The notes under the pieces are model-generated. The model saw only the letters and a program-made list of their open reading frames with translations, searched no databases and was not told where the DNA came from. DNA of 64,000 bases from an uncultured Chlamydiae bacterium (lineage in GTDB: Bacteria > Chlamydiota > Chlamydiia > Chlamydiales > JAJFMA01): positions 1,280,001 through 1,344,000 of the forward strand of contig CAVQMM010000001.1 in assembly GCA_963713615.1 (NCBI GenBank), given 5' to 3'. This document shows positions 1 through 8,596 of this stretch, piece after piece. Every line of letters begins with the position of its first letter. Within the stretch, counting starts at the first letter, position 1. A program made the position numbers and the translations under genes.

Positions 1-243
1 GATTTCGAGGAGACATTGTCTCCAGAGGCGCATAGACGCGAACTGTTCGTGATCCAGCTTCGCCTTGTCGAAGGTGTGCATCTCGATTCCTTTACCTCCA
101 CACATGGACCTCTCGAAGCCGAAACCATAGATCAATTAGGTGAACTTATCACCCATGGTCTCTTGACCAAACAGGCAGGCATCTTAAAGCTGACAGATCG
201 CGGACGTCTTTGTTATGATGCGGTAGCCGCCGAACTGGTATAG
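1..243 (+). CDS. hemW: 3' end of HemN/HemW-like radical SAM protein (partial, starts before window)
   Basis: C-terminal 'LRLVEGV...LKLTDRGRLCYDAVAAELV' matches the HemN C-terminal pattern; frame open from the window edge. Confidence 0.75.
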   Translation, partial: DFEETLSPEAHRRELFVIQLRLVEGVHLDSFTSTHGPLEAETIDQLGELITHGLLTKQAGILKLTDRGRLCYDAVAAELV

Positions 244-249
244 GAGAAA

Positions 250-867
250 ATGCTTATGAGCAAGAAAGTTGTTGGTCTTCTAGCTCGTCAACATGGTTTG
301 AGTGCCCTTCAGGCAATCTTAGCGTCTCCACGCTTTGAGCTTGTTGCCGTAGCAACGCATCGACGTCTACCCAAACGTGAAGATCCCAACCGTGGCGATC
401 GACCTGAATTTGCGGATTTTATCGCCCTAACGACACAGCACAAAGTCCCATTGTATAGTGTCGATACCAATGAAGAGGAAAAGCTCCTGGAGCAAAAGCT
501 GCTTCAGCTCGACTTTGACCTGCTGATATCGGTCAGCTGGCGCCGCCTCATTCCCCTTCCAGTGATTCAACACGCCAAAATTGGCGGAATCAATCTCCAC
601 CGCGGGCGCCTGCCAGAGTACCCTGGAGCTGAACCGATCAAGCAAGCCCTCGTCCATGGGGATGGCACCATCGTCATCACCGCGCATATCCTTGATGAAA
701 AGATCGACCACGGAGACACTCTGTGCCTCTATGAGCATCCTGTGGCTTATCAAGCTAGCCTATCCTTAGAGGTCAATATTGAAAGGCTCAAAACGGAGCT
801 GTCGCCACATTTCGGCCCGCTGATATTGCGAGCCACGGACGAATTAGAAAAAAGAACGCGGAAGTAG
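250..867 (+). CDS. Formyltransferase, N-terminal formyl_trans domain only
   Basis: 'GINLHRGRLPEYPGAEPI' and 'TAHILDEKIDHGD' formyltransferase motifs; 205 aa, lacking the Fmt C-terminal domain. Confidence 0.8.
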   Translation: MLMSKKVVGLLARQHGLSALQAILASPRFELVAVATHRRLPKREDPNRGDRPEFADFIALTTQHKVPLYSVDTNEEEKLLEQKLLQLDFDLLISVSWRRLIPLPVIQHAKIGGINLHRGRLPEYPGAEPIKQALVHGDGTIVITAHILDEKIDHGDTLCLYEHPVAYQASLSLEVNIERLKTELSPHFGPLILRATDELEKRTRK

Positions 868-1185
868 CCACGGATTTAGGAGGATAGGATTTAGGAGTAA
901 CACGGATGCACACGGATCTAGGAGGATTTAGAAGGATTGGGAGAACAAATACCGTTCATCAATCTAAAACAATAAAATTGGTTTTTTAATGTGGAAAAGC
1001 TGAACAAACCGTGTTTGCCATCCGATCCTCCTAAATCCCCCTAGATCCGTGTGCATCCGTGTTGCTCCTAAAAAGCGACACGAGCCGTATCTACCATCCG
1101 ATCCTCCTAAATCCTCCTAGATCCGTGTGCATCCGTGTTGCTCCCAAAAGGTTGAACGAACCGTATTTGAGTACATCCGTGGCTA
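865..1185. repeat. Long inverted-repeat element built from CACGGAT/GGAT units (family F variant)
   Basis: TAGCCACGGAT...ATCCGTGGCTA termini; left arm 'cacggatgcacacggatctaggaggatttag' has two reverse-complement copies at ~1020-1070 and ~1095-1145. Confidence 0.9.
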
Positions 1186-1959
1186 ATCCTCTTTCCCTAG
1201 TTCCGTGGCACGATTCTTAGCACAATCTACCGCTTCGGAGAAGATTCGATCCCAACCAGACACTTGCAAATGATACAGTGCTGCCCCGGTAGTACCACCC
1301 TTCGACACTACCGCCTTGCACCACTCTCCAGCAGACTTCGTATCGCTTTCAAGCAGGGCAGATGCACCTATAAGTGTTGCCTCAGCAAGCTTTTGAGCCT
1401 GATCTAGCGAAAATCCATAGGCCACTCCTTTCTCAAAGAGAAGGTGACAAAGAAAAAAGAAATAGGCTGGGCCCGATCCACTGATCGCGGTGACAGAATC
1501 GATAAGCTCTTCACGCTCTAACCGCATATGCTCTCCAAGAGCATCCAGGATGTCGGTCACCCATGTGAAATCCTTCACATCAGAAGAATACCATGCCGTC
1601 AGCCCCTTACCGACGCGTAACGGCAGATTAGGCATGGTGCGAACAACCTCCGAAGCGCCGGTATGTTGCTGCAACGAAGCCACTGACACGCCAGCCATGA
1701 TGGACATCACACGTTTTTGCTTAAGATCACCCAAGGCCTTGGCGGCAGCAACAAAAGCCTGAGGCTTCACGGCCAAGATCAAAACATCCACCTGCTCAGA
1801 AATCACCCTGGGATCCGCACTCACGTGATCCGGTGGTAGTCCTTCCAGCTTTTCGGGATGTGTATCGGCCACATAAACATTTGAAACCCCAAAGACATCC
1901 GTCAACATACGGTAGATCGCTTCGCCCATGTTACCGTAACCAATGATGCCTATCTTCAT
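1183..1959 (-). CDS. proC: Pyrroline-5-carboxylate reductase
   Basis: GxGxMG Rossmann motif, 'ILAVKPQ', 'RTMPNLP', 'TAISGSGPAY', 'VVSKGGTT'. Confidence 0.95.
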   Translation of the reverse strand: MKIGIIGYGNMGEAIYRMLTDVFGVSNVYVADTHPEKLEGLPPDHVSADPRVISEQVDVLILAVKPQAFVAAAKALGDLKQKRVMSIMAGVSVASLQQHTGASEVVRTMPNLPLRVGKGLTAWYSSDVKDFTWVTDILDALGEHMRLEREELIDSVTAISGSGPAYFFFLCHLLFEKGVAYGFSLDQAQKLAEATLIGASALLESDTKSAGEWCKAVVSKGGTTGAALYHLQVSGWDRIFSEAVDCAKNRATELGKED

Positions 1960-2690
1960 TATAGGTTCGCCTCTGAAGAGATCAAAAAGATGGCCGGCTT
2001 CTTGTCGATGTTAGGCAGTGGACATTTCTTCCAATGTGCCACAGGCTGAGACATCACTCCTTGCGTTGGCAACGTTAGATCCCACGCCACACATAGCCAT
2101 GTACTATCGCTGAGAGTAGCAACGATATCTGCCAAAGTCATCGCATTGCGATGAGGAGCCTCGATGAATATCTGTGTCGCTAGGGATGATGTCGATACTT
2201 GCTCCAGCTTGCGCACTTCAGACTTCCTGCCCGCTTCATCCTTTGGCAGGTAGCCGCGGAAGCTAAAACGCTGCCCAGGCAAACCTGACAACATCAGAGC
2301 CATTAATATCGCGGATGGTCCAACAAACGCCTGAATGGTGATTCCCAGCTGACGCGCACGCCGTACAAGCTTATATCCGGGATCTGCGACGCAAGGAACT
2401 CCTGCATCAGACACCAAACCCCACCGCTCACCTTTGACAACCGGTTCGAGCAGAAAGTCGATATCGGCATCCGGCGTGTGCTCATTGAGGAGCGCCAAAG
2501 GAATCAGGTGGGCGGCCTTTTCTGTCTCGAAATGCCCTAGGTAGCGACGTCCGCCACCTTCGCTTTCGGAAATTAAGCCGTCCAGTGACTTAACCGCCGT
2601 ATCGACGCTTGAGGGTAGGAATAATTGATAATGCTTATGCTCTCCCAACAAATTGGGGAGTAGCAGCAAGGCAGCCTTCTTTGTCTTCAT
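1959..2690 (-). CDS. RsmI-like tetrapyrrole-methylase family SAM-dependent methyltransferase
   Basis: 'GLVSDAGVPCVADPG', 'VGPSAILMALMLSG', 'F.GYLP', 'FIEAPHRN'. Confidence 0.85.
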   Translation of the reverse strand: MKTKKAALLLLPNLLGEHKHYQLFLPSSVDTAVKSLDGLISESEGGGRRYLGHFETEKAAHLIPLALLNEHTPDADIDFLLEPVVKGERWGLVSDAGVPCVADPGYKLVRRARQLGITIQAFVGPSAILMALMLSGLPGQRFSFRGYLPKDEAGRKSEVRKLEQVSTSSLATQIFIEAPHRNAMTLADIVATLSDSTWLCVAWDLTLPTQGVMSQPVAHWKKCPLPNIDKKPAIFLISSEANL

Positions 2691-2698
2691 GATCTCCT

Positions 2699-3724
2699 TT
2701 ATGATGTAAGCTTGACAACGAGCCGTTCCAGCAATAACCTCGGCTCCATGGAACTGCTCTTAGCCATGCGCTCAGCTTCATCGATGGCCAATAAGCCCTT
2801 CTTAAAGCGCTGCATGCCATAACCAGTAGCCATTTCCACGTGCTGGCTTAAGATGCGTCCAGCCATATAACGAAATTCAGTCGAAACATCCTGCGGGCTT
2901 CCGCCAGATGATAAAATAGAGCACACCTGATAATCGGTGTGAAACTGGGTGCGTAATCCAATCACGACAGCTAACAATGCCGCACCACCCTCGAGAAGAT
3001 GATTAGCAATAGTTAGCGACTTCGCAGCATCGCATCGTAAAACGGCTTCGGCGAACTGCCAAACGGTGTCAATATCGATGCATGTACAGATCGCGCTAAC
3101 GGCTGTTGGGGTGATCTCCGCCTGCTCACCGATATAGCACAACAACTTTTCAAGCTCCATCTTAAGCAGATTCTGATCCAATGCCGATTGCTTAACAAGC
3201 AATTGAGCGGCTCTAGGATCGATGCGTTTACCTGCTTTTGCAACTTGCTGCGTCACCCATTCGAAGAAGTCCTTTTCTTTTTCCCAGGGTTTCTTCTGTG
3301 CAATGGACAGAACGATCCCACTCTTTTCAGATTTCTTATAGAAGGTGGTATTGGCGGCAACGGCTTCGGCGGTCATCACCAATTTCACGGCTCGATTGGG
3401 ATGCGCTAGATATTCCTCTAGAGCCTTTGTGATCGTTTTTTTTGCCTTGTCGATATTGTGAACCACAACGATTTTGCGGTCTGCCAAAAATGGAAGTGTG
3501 TTTAATTCCTCCAAAAGGGCATCCACAGTTACGCTGTCGCCATCAAAGGTTTTTAAGGCGAGGTCTACGCAAGAACATCCCTTCAGCAGTGCTGCTAAGG
3601 TCACTTCGGTCCCACTAGACCTATCGAAGTCCTCTTTTGCCAATAGCAAGTACACATCTGCGAACTGCCCAGGGACACACGCAGCCAAATGTTTCTCAAA
3701 AGCGCGTAAATTATCGTATTTCAT
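2699..3724 (-). CDS. holA: DNA polymerase III delta subunit
   Basis: 'ELNTLPFLADRKIVVV', 'LKMELEKLLCY', C-terminal 'LLERLVVKL'; ATG at 3724 preferred. Confidence 0.85.
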   Translation of the reverse strand: MKYDNLRAFEKHLAACVPGQFADVYLLLAKEDFDRSSGTEVTLAALLKGCSCVDLALKTFDGDSVTVDALLEELNTLPFLADRKIVVVHNIDKAKKTITKALEEYLAHPNRAVKLVMTAEAVAANTTFYKKSEKSGIVLSIAQKKPWEKEKDFFEWVTQQVAKAGKRIDPRAAQLLVKQSALDQNLLKMELEKLLCYIGEQAEITPTAVSAICTCIDIDTVWQFAEAVLRCDAAKSLTIANHLLEGGAALLAVVIGLRTQFHTDYQVCSILSSGGSPQDVSTEFRYMAGRILSQHVEMATGYGMQRFKKGLLAIDEAERMAKSSSMEPRLLLERLVVKLTS

Positions 3725-3763
3725 AGAGAGCAGCATAGCACGAATGCCCGCAGATGACAACGA

Positions 3764-3811
3764 TTAGGAGTAACACGGATGCACACGGATCGAGGAGGAT
3801 TTAGGAGGATA
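3764..3811. repeat. Single arm of the 865-1185 element
   Basis: 'ttaggagtaacacggatgcacacggatcgaggaggatttaggaggat' is nearly identical to 891-938. Confidence 0.85.
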
Positions 3812-3834
3812 TACCCAAGAAACTTCAAAATTTG

Positions 3835-3980
3835 GCCGCCAAAAAAAACATGATTCATGGATATGCATGATATTTAGAATACTCCATAGAAGCCTCCAAA
3901 CAGAATTGGTTCATCTAATGAGTCTCTTTTCCCTTATCATGCATATCAGGCATATCCCATTTATCATGTTTTTTGGTAGC
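3835..3980. repeat. Inverted-repeat element with CATGAT/CATGGAT units
   Basis: 'ggccgccaaaaaaaacatgattcatggatatgcatgata' ... 'tatcatgcatatc...atcatgttttttggtagcc'. Confidence 0.75.
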
Positions 3981-4022
3981 CGTTCATAGGATAGAATCCG
4001 AGCCCGTGAACAGTTATCTATC

Positions 4023-4051
4023 TTGACTATTTATCATTATTTTATTATAAT
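4023..4051 (+). promoter_or_regulatory. Sigma70/sigma66-type promoter
   Basis: TTGACT-N17-TATAAT, ~45 bp upstream of ATG 4095. Confidence 0.7.
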
Positions 4052-4094
4052 TTGCAAATTATATTACTTATCACAATACACCAAGTTTAATTAT

Positions 4095-4967
4095 ATGATT
4101 AGCGGCATCCTTGATTCTCTTTACAGTATTTCCGTTGAGGCTAACCAGGCGCCGGAACAAAACGAAATGTCTATGACCACCATGGTGAGCCTAGCGGTCA
4201 TAGGGGCGACAGCACTTGCCATAGGTGTCATCGGTTATAAACGAGGGACTGTGCAAAAGCTGTTGCTTCCCAATGAAACCCAGAAGATTTATTTCCCGCC
4301 TCGCTTCGACCTCAGTACGATAGAACCCAGCTACACCAACAAAGTGAAGCGATTGCAAAATAACCCTAATATAATGGGAATGACATGCGTTCCTCGACGA
4401 GAAGGCGAAGAACTGGTTCCTGTCTATATAGAAAAGGCACAGGGAACTGGCGAAGAAGCTTATATTCACAAGCTTTTAGCAAAAAAAATTACAGATGATT
4501 CCCTGATTGGTTTTGCGCAGTTAAACCTACTGACAGAAAAAAATATAGAGTTGATGGACCTATGGGGTCCGGAACCAGTCGAATGGCGAGGATATGGACC
4601 TAGTGAAGCAACAGATGGGCCCTTTGTGAATAAAGTTCTGTTAGATCAAGTAACAAACAAACAGCCGAATAAATACAAGAACGTTGGGATGATCCTGCTG
4701 AAAGCAATCATTCAAAACTACTATGATGACTTTCAGGGACGCGTCTTGCTTCAAGCGGTTCGAAATACACACCCTTATCATTATAAATTAGGCTTTCGTG
4801 TTTCCCAACAAAACCAAGAATACCTAAACGCCAAGTTCGCCAAATTGGCCCAATCAAGCACCCCTGTGGATCAAAACCTTGGGTCTGTTTACATGCATCT
4901 TCCAGAACAAGCCATCAACCTCTGGCGTCGAGAGATAGAACAAGACCCCATTAGATTCCCTGAATAA
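4095..4967 (+). CDS. Hypothetical protein with N-terminal TM segment and GNAT-like C-terminal domain
   Basis: Hydrophobic 'MVSLAVIGATALAIGVIGY'; 'KYKNVGMILLKAII' (GNAT motif A-like) and 'VLLQAVRNTHPYHYKLGF' (motif B-like). Confidence 0.55.
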   Translation: MISGILDSLYSISVEANQAPEQNEMSMTTMVSLAVIGATALAIGVIGYKRGTVQKLLLPNETQKIYFPPRFDLSTIEPSYTNKVKRLQNNPNIMGMTCVPRREGEELVPVYIEKAQGTGEEAYIHKLLAKKITDDSLIGFAQLNLLTEKNIELMDLWGPEPVEWRGYGPSEATDGPFVNKVLLDQVTNKQPNKYKNVGMILLKAIIQNYYDDFQGRVLLQAVRNTHPYHYKLGFRVSQQNQEYLNAKFAKLAQSSTPVDQNLGSVYMHLPEQAINLWRREIEQDPIRFPE

Positions 4968-4982
4968 CCAGATGGTTAATAA

Positions 4983-5219
4983 AGCCCTCACAATCATCAC
5001 TCGGCGCGCAGCGCTTTGGAGTGCGTGTCGCTCGCGACCGCTTTGGATTTGGGCGAGCCTATTGAATCGCGCACCGTTCTTTGGAGGCTTAAACCCCCAC
5101 AGTTACCCCTAGAGCGAAAGGTTACGTTTCTTGCAATGCCTAGTTCACCCAAATCCAAAGCGGTCGCGAGCGACACGCACTCCAAAGCGCTGCGCGCCGA
5201 GTGATGATTGTGAGGTCCT
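4983..5219. mobile_element. Family A palindromic element (GGAG-REP/REPIN-like core)
   Basis: ~70-bp near-perfect inverted arms 'ctcacaatc...gcgcgcagcgctttggagtgcgtgtcgctcgcgaccgctttgg'; at least 5 copies in window. Confidence 0.85.
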
Positions 5220-5266
5220 AAGGCATTGAAAGATAAGCCCAAAGGGCTTGTTCCCGTAACCTACCC

Positions 5267-5989
5267 CTATTTCGCCGTCCTTCTTCCATCCGCTTCGAGA
5301 GCTGCCTTAAAGATAATCCGTGACATCGGCAGCACCTGCTTTCCTTCAGCAAAAGCGTCCCACTCGTCGATACCTACCCACTCGAAATCGCGGTATTCAT
5401 CGATTGGAGGATCAAAGCTGTTCAAGGCATCATCGCTAAGGTCTAAGCGAAAACAGAGCTCCAAGGCATTACCTTCCCAATCCTTCACGGCTGCAAAAGG
5501 TTCTATGCTGACCACATCAGTAGCATCAAAGCCAGTCTCCTCCTCAAGTTCCTGCAGAAGACTGCGTCGCACGTCAAGATGGTCTCCATCAACAGCCTCA
5601 GGATCGACTCCTCCAGAGGGAGCTAATTCCCAAGTGTCTGGTGATGCCGCTACATTGGGAGAGCGCAGGCCCATTAGAACACGTCCTCTGCAGCGAGTCA
5701 GACCATTCACTGCTAACGGTAGCACCCCTACGGCCTTCATGAGGCTAGGATCGCGGTATCCGGCCAGCGCATAGCGGTAGGGTATCCAATGTCCTAGAAT
5801 GATGTTAGGTGCTACCACATCGGCACTAAAAATCGTTCCATCGAACAGAGCGTCACCGCGCTGCGCTTTTTCCTCACGCCAGATGGCAAGGACCTGTTCA
5901 TCCAGATACTCTGGAGGTTCAAAACGTCGGTCACGATCGATGACCACCCGTAGATTGCGCTGAACAGACACTATCTCCACGTGACGCAT
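5267..5989 (-). CDS. NUDIX hydrolase
   Basis: Nudix-box-like 'PSGGVD...RRSLLQELEEETGF'; start overlaps the upstream gene's stop. Confidence 0.8.
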   Translation of the reverse strand: MRHVEIVSVQRNLRVVIDRDRRFEPPEYLDEQVLAIWREEKAQRGDALFDGTIFSADVVAPNIILGHWIPYRYALAGYRDPSLMKAVGVLPLAVNGLTRCRGRVLMGLRSPNVAASPDTWELAPSGGVDPEAVDGDHLDVRRSLLQELEEETGFDATDVVSIEPFAAVKDWEGNALELCFRLDLSDDALNSFDPPIDEYRDFEWVGIDEWDAFAEGKQVLPMSRIIFKAALEADGRRTAK

Positions 5990-7032
5990 CACGCCCAATC
6001 TCCCTCTTGAATTCCGCTGCCAGCAGAGATATCGCGTATGGCTAATTTCCCTTCCATCAACGAGAGCATCTTAGGGTGAACTCCACACGTCTGACGGCCT
6101 GGCCGCAAGATGTCAATGTTAATACCTTCATGAATTCTTTCACCCTTGGCGATATCGCGCAGAGCCTGAACTCCTCGACGTCCAAAGTGGTACATCTCTT
6201 CTTCGGCTTTTTCTATACCTTTAATTCCGGATCCAACCATAGGCTCGATGGTGCGTATTGCGTCGACCATACCCCCAAGCTCATCAGGGGTGATAGCAAA
6301 GAAGTGGTCTGGACCAGGCAGTCGATTGTCCAATGTGTAGTGTTTTTCGATGACGGTAGCTCCCAGGGCTACGGCACCTACAGGAGCACAGAGGGGGTCG
6401 CGAGAATGATCCGACAGGCCTACAGGGACTCCAAAGCGCCCTTTAAGCCACGTCAACACTCGCAGATTGACTGCCTCCGGAGGCGTCGGATACTTCAGAG
6501 TACACTGCATTAAGGTCAGGGGCCCACCACCCAGGGACTTAAAAGTCTCCACAGCCCAGGCTATATCCTCCTCGACACTAGCTCCTGTAGAAAGCAGTAA
6601 GGGCTTTCCGGTAAAGGCAGCCATCTCCAACAGGCGAAGATGACTGATCTCATACGAGGCAATTTTATGCATCTTCACATAGGGATCGATGTGTTCAAAG
6701 TCACGCTTACTGAATCCTGAAGAGAGAAAATCAATGCCCTGCTTAACACAATAAGCGTGCAGCTCAGGAATCATCTCATAGGGCATCGAGAGATCGCGGA
6801 AGATCTCCTGAATGGTCGGTAAGACGCCCGACTTTTCCAGATAACCCACCTGACCAGCCTCTGCGACATAAACGGTTTCAGCGCGGTAAGTCTGAAATTT
6901 CACTGCATCGCATCCAGCGTCCACAGCTACATCGATCAATGCCTTAGCCATCGTCATATCACGTTGAGGAGTGCCCATACGCCAGTTGGAACCTGCTTCA
7001 GCGATGATATAGACCTTATTTGCCTTTGTCAT
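5989..7032 (-). CDS. neuB: N-acetylneuraminate/pseudaminate synthase family (NeuB/PseI/SpsE) with SAF domain
   Basis: 'IIAEAGSN', 'AVKFQTY', 'KIASYE', 'GLSDHS', 'IEKHYTLD...GPDH'. Confidence 0.9.
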   Translation of the reverse strand: MTKANKVYIIAEAGSNWRMGTPQRDMTMAKALIDVAVDAGCDAVKFQTYRAETVYVAEAGQVGYLEKSGVLPTIQEIFRDLSMPYEMIPELHAYCVKQGIDFLSSGFSKRDFEHIDPYVKMHKIASYEISHLRLLEMAAFTGKPLLLSTGASVEEDIAWAVETFKSLGGGPLTLMQCTLKYPTPPEAVNLRVLTWLKGRFGVPVGLSDHSRDPLCAPVGAVALGATVIEKHYTLDNRLPGPDHFFAITPDELGGMVDAIRTIEPMVGSGIKGIEKAEEEMYHFGRRGVQALRDIAKGERIHEGINIDILRPGRQTCGVHPKMLSLMEGKLAIRDISAGSGIQEGDWA

Positions 7033-7801
7033 GTGTCTCTCCTGGAAATCCTGCAACGAGGTTCTGCGCAACATGAGCATTCAGCTGCAGCCACGTCGGA
7101 TGATGTTTAAGAACTTCGACAATATCTTGGGTACGAAAATTAGGCATTCGAGGATAGAGTTCTGTGAGAATGCGTGAAATCAGCTCAAAGTCTTCAGGGG
7201 TATCCAAGACCCACCGCTGCGTCCCTAAGTTTGCCTTGCTGACGACACTGCCGAGTCCAAAAAGCTCAGGATGCCGGTAGAGATAGGGGGTTACATGCTC
7301 GCGTTCATCAGGCTCTTTGGCATCAGCTGCTGCCACATCTAAGGCGCGACGCGAAAAGACTTCTACTTCATAACCGCGCGGATAGTGTCTCTCCACAGCA
7401 TTACAGACCCATTCATACCGCGGATAGTGCTGCAGATAATAGGCGATCGCCTCGTCAACCGCAACAGGGTCGATCAAAGGACAGTCCGAACAAATGCGCA
7501 CAATAGCATCTGCCTCCGAAGCCTGTGCAGCCTTGGCATAGCGAGCCAACACATCATTTAGGCTTCCACGCACCACCTGCACCTTGGCATCTCGGCAAAA
7601 AGCCTCGATCACATCGTCCTCAGGCTGCTCCGATGTAGCAATTACAAGGCCGTCCGCGAGGGTGACCTGACGCAAGCGCTCCACCAAATAGGAGAGGACT
7701 GGCCTGCCCAGAATGGTCTTCATCACCTTCCCAGGCAAACGCGTCGAACTCATGCGCGCCTGAACAATCATCACTGTACGTAGCTTTGGATCTGATGCCA
7801 T
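7016..7801 (-). CDS. spsF: SpsF-type acylneuraminate cytidylyltransferase
   Basis: 'IVQARMSSTRLPGKVM', 'RGSLNDVLARY', 'RICSDCPLIDP', 'REHVTPY', 'LDTPEDF'. Confidence 0.88.
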   Translation of the reverse strand: MASDPKLRTVMIVQARMSSTRLPGKVMKTILGRPVLSYLVERLRQVTLADGLVIATSEQPEDDVIEAFCRDAKVQVVRGSLNDVLARYAKAAQASEADAIVRICSDCPLIDPVAVDEAIAYYLQHYPRYEWVCNAVERHYPRGYEVEVFSRRALDVAAADAKEPDEREHVTPYLYRHPELFGLGSVVSKANLGTQRWVLDTPEDFELISRILTELYPRMPNFRTQDIVEVLKHHPTWLQLNAHVAQNLVAGFPGETHDKGK

Positions 7802-7850
7802 GGCCTATTCCTGTTGACATCAGGCTAACAAGGAAACCCTTTTTAGAAAA

Positions 7851-8190
7851 GAGAGAGGAGGGAGGGGGAGAGGAGAAGGATTAGGATTTTACCACAGAGA
7901 GCTCCGAGACGCCGAGATAGGAGAGAGGAGAGGATTTTTTTGTTTTTTAAATGTTTAAAAGTGTCCATTTCGTCCAATAAGTCCAATTCGTCCAGTCAGT
8001 CCATTATATCTAGGGTAAAAATGGACTGATTGGACGAATTGGACTTACTGGACGAAATGGACAAAAATAGAAACTAATAATAAAAAAAATAACTATTTAA
8101 TTCTCTTTTTTCTTCCCCTCTTCTCTCTCTCTTATCTCGGCGTCTCGGCGCTTTCTGTGGTAAAATCCTAATCCTCTCCCTCCCTCCTCT
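7851..8190. repeat. Family F inverted element (ACCACAGAG/CCGAGA units) containing a nested family C palindrome
   Basis: 'ggattaggattttaccacagaga..ccgagacgccgagataggagagag' ... 'ctctcttatctcggcgtctcgg..tctgtggtaaaatcctaatcc'. Confidence 0.9.
7962..8063. repeat. Family C palindrome (GTCCA/TGGAC units, ~9-bp period)
   Basis: 'gtccatttcgtccaataagtccaattcgtccagtcagtccat' ... 'atggactgattggacgaattggacttactggacgaaatggac'. Confidence 0.9.
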
Positions 8191-8355
8191 CTACCCCTTG
8201 GGCATTGGCTTAGCTTTTTTGCGTCTTTCATCGCGCATTTTGAGCATCGTACGACGCCAGCCCTCAGCAGTTTGCACTCTTTTACGATGACTTAATGCCG
8301 TTCTAAAATATAAGGTCTCGCCTTCCCTTTCATCACGTTCTTTAGGTTCATTCAT
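8191..8355 (-). CDS. Small basic hypothetical protein (54 aa)
   Basis: MNEPK start with AGGAG upstream; '...VQTAEGWRRTML...'. Confidence 0.5.
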   Translation of the reverse strand: MNEPKERDEREGETLYFRTALSHRKRVQTAEGWRRTMLKMRDERRKKAKPMPKG

Positions 8356-8596
8356 TGTTTTTAATCTCCTTCTTTTTTCATATTTTACATCGCGGCCATA
8401 GATTAATAGGCACAATCTTTCATTTAGTAGACCATGCAAGAAGTATGCCAAGAGGTCATTTTTAACTTAACCTGACCTTTACCGCGCCTTAATTAAATTC
8501 TGCATATTGACCTAAAAAGCTCGCAACGATTAGCATAACCAACCTAATGAAGCAATACAACATCAATCATCTTACATAGAAAACAACGAGGATAAC

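Noticed and set aside
4980..5222. A fixed TSD for family A
   Set aside because: TTAG flanks only the copies inside D; the free copies at 4983, 13310 and 22179 show no clear duplication.
5226..5774. 182-aa + strand ORF and the many antisense ORFs over gyrA, gyrB, uvrA and pyk
   Set aside because: They are antisense to well-supported genes and have no recognisable motifs.
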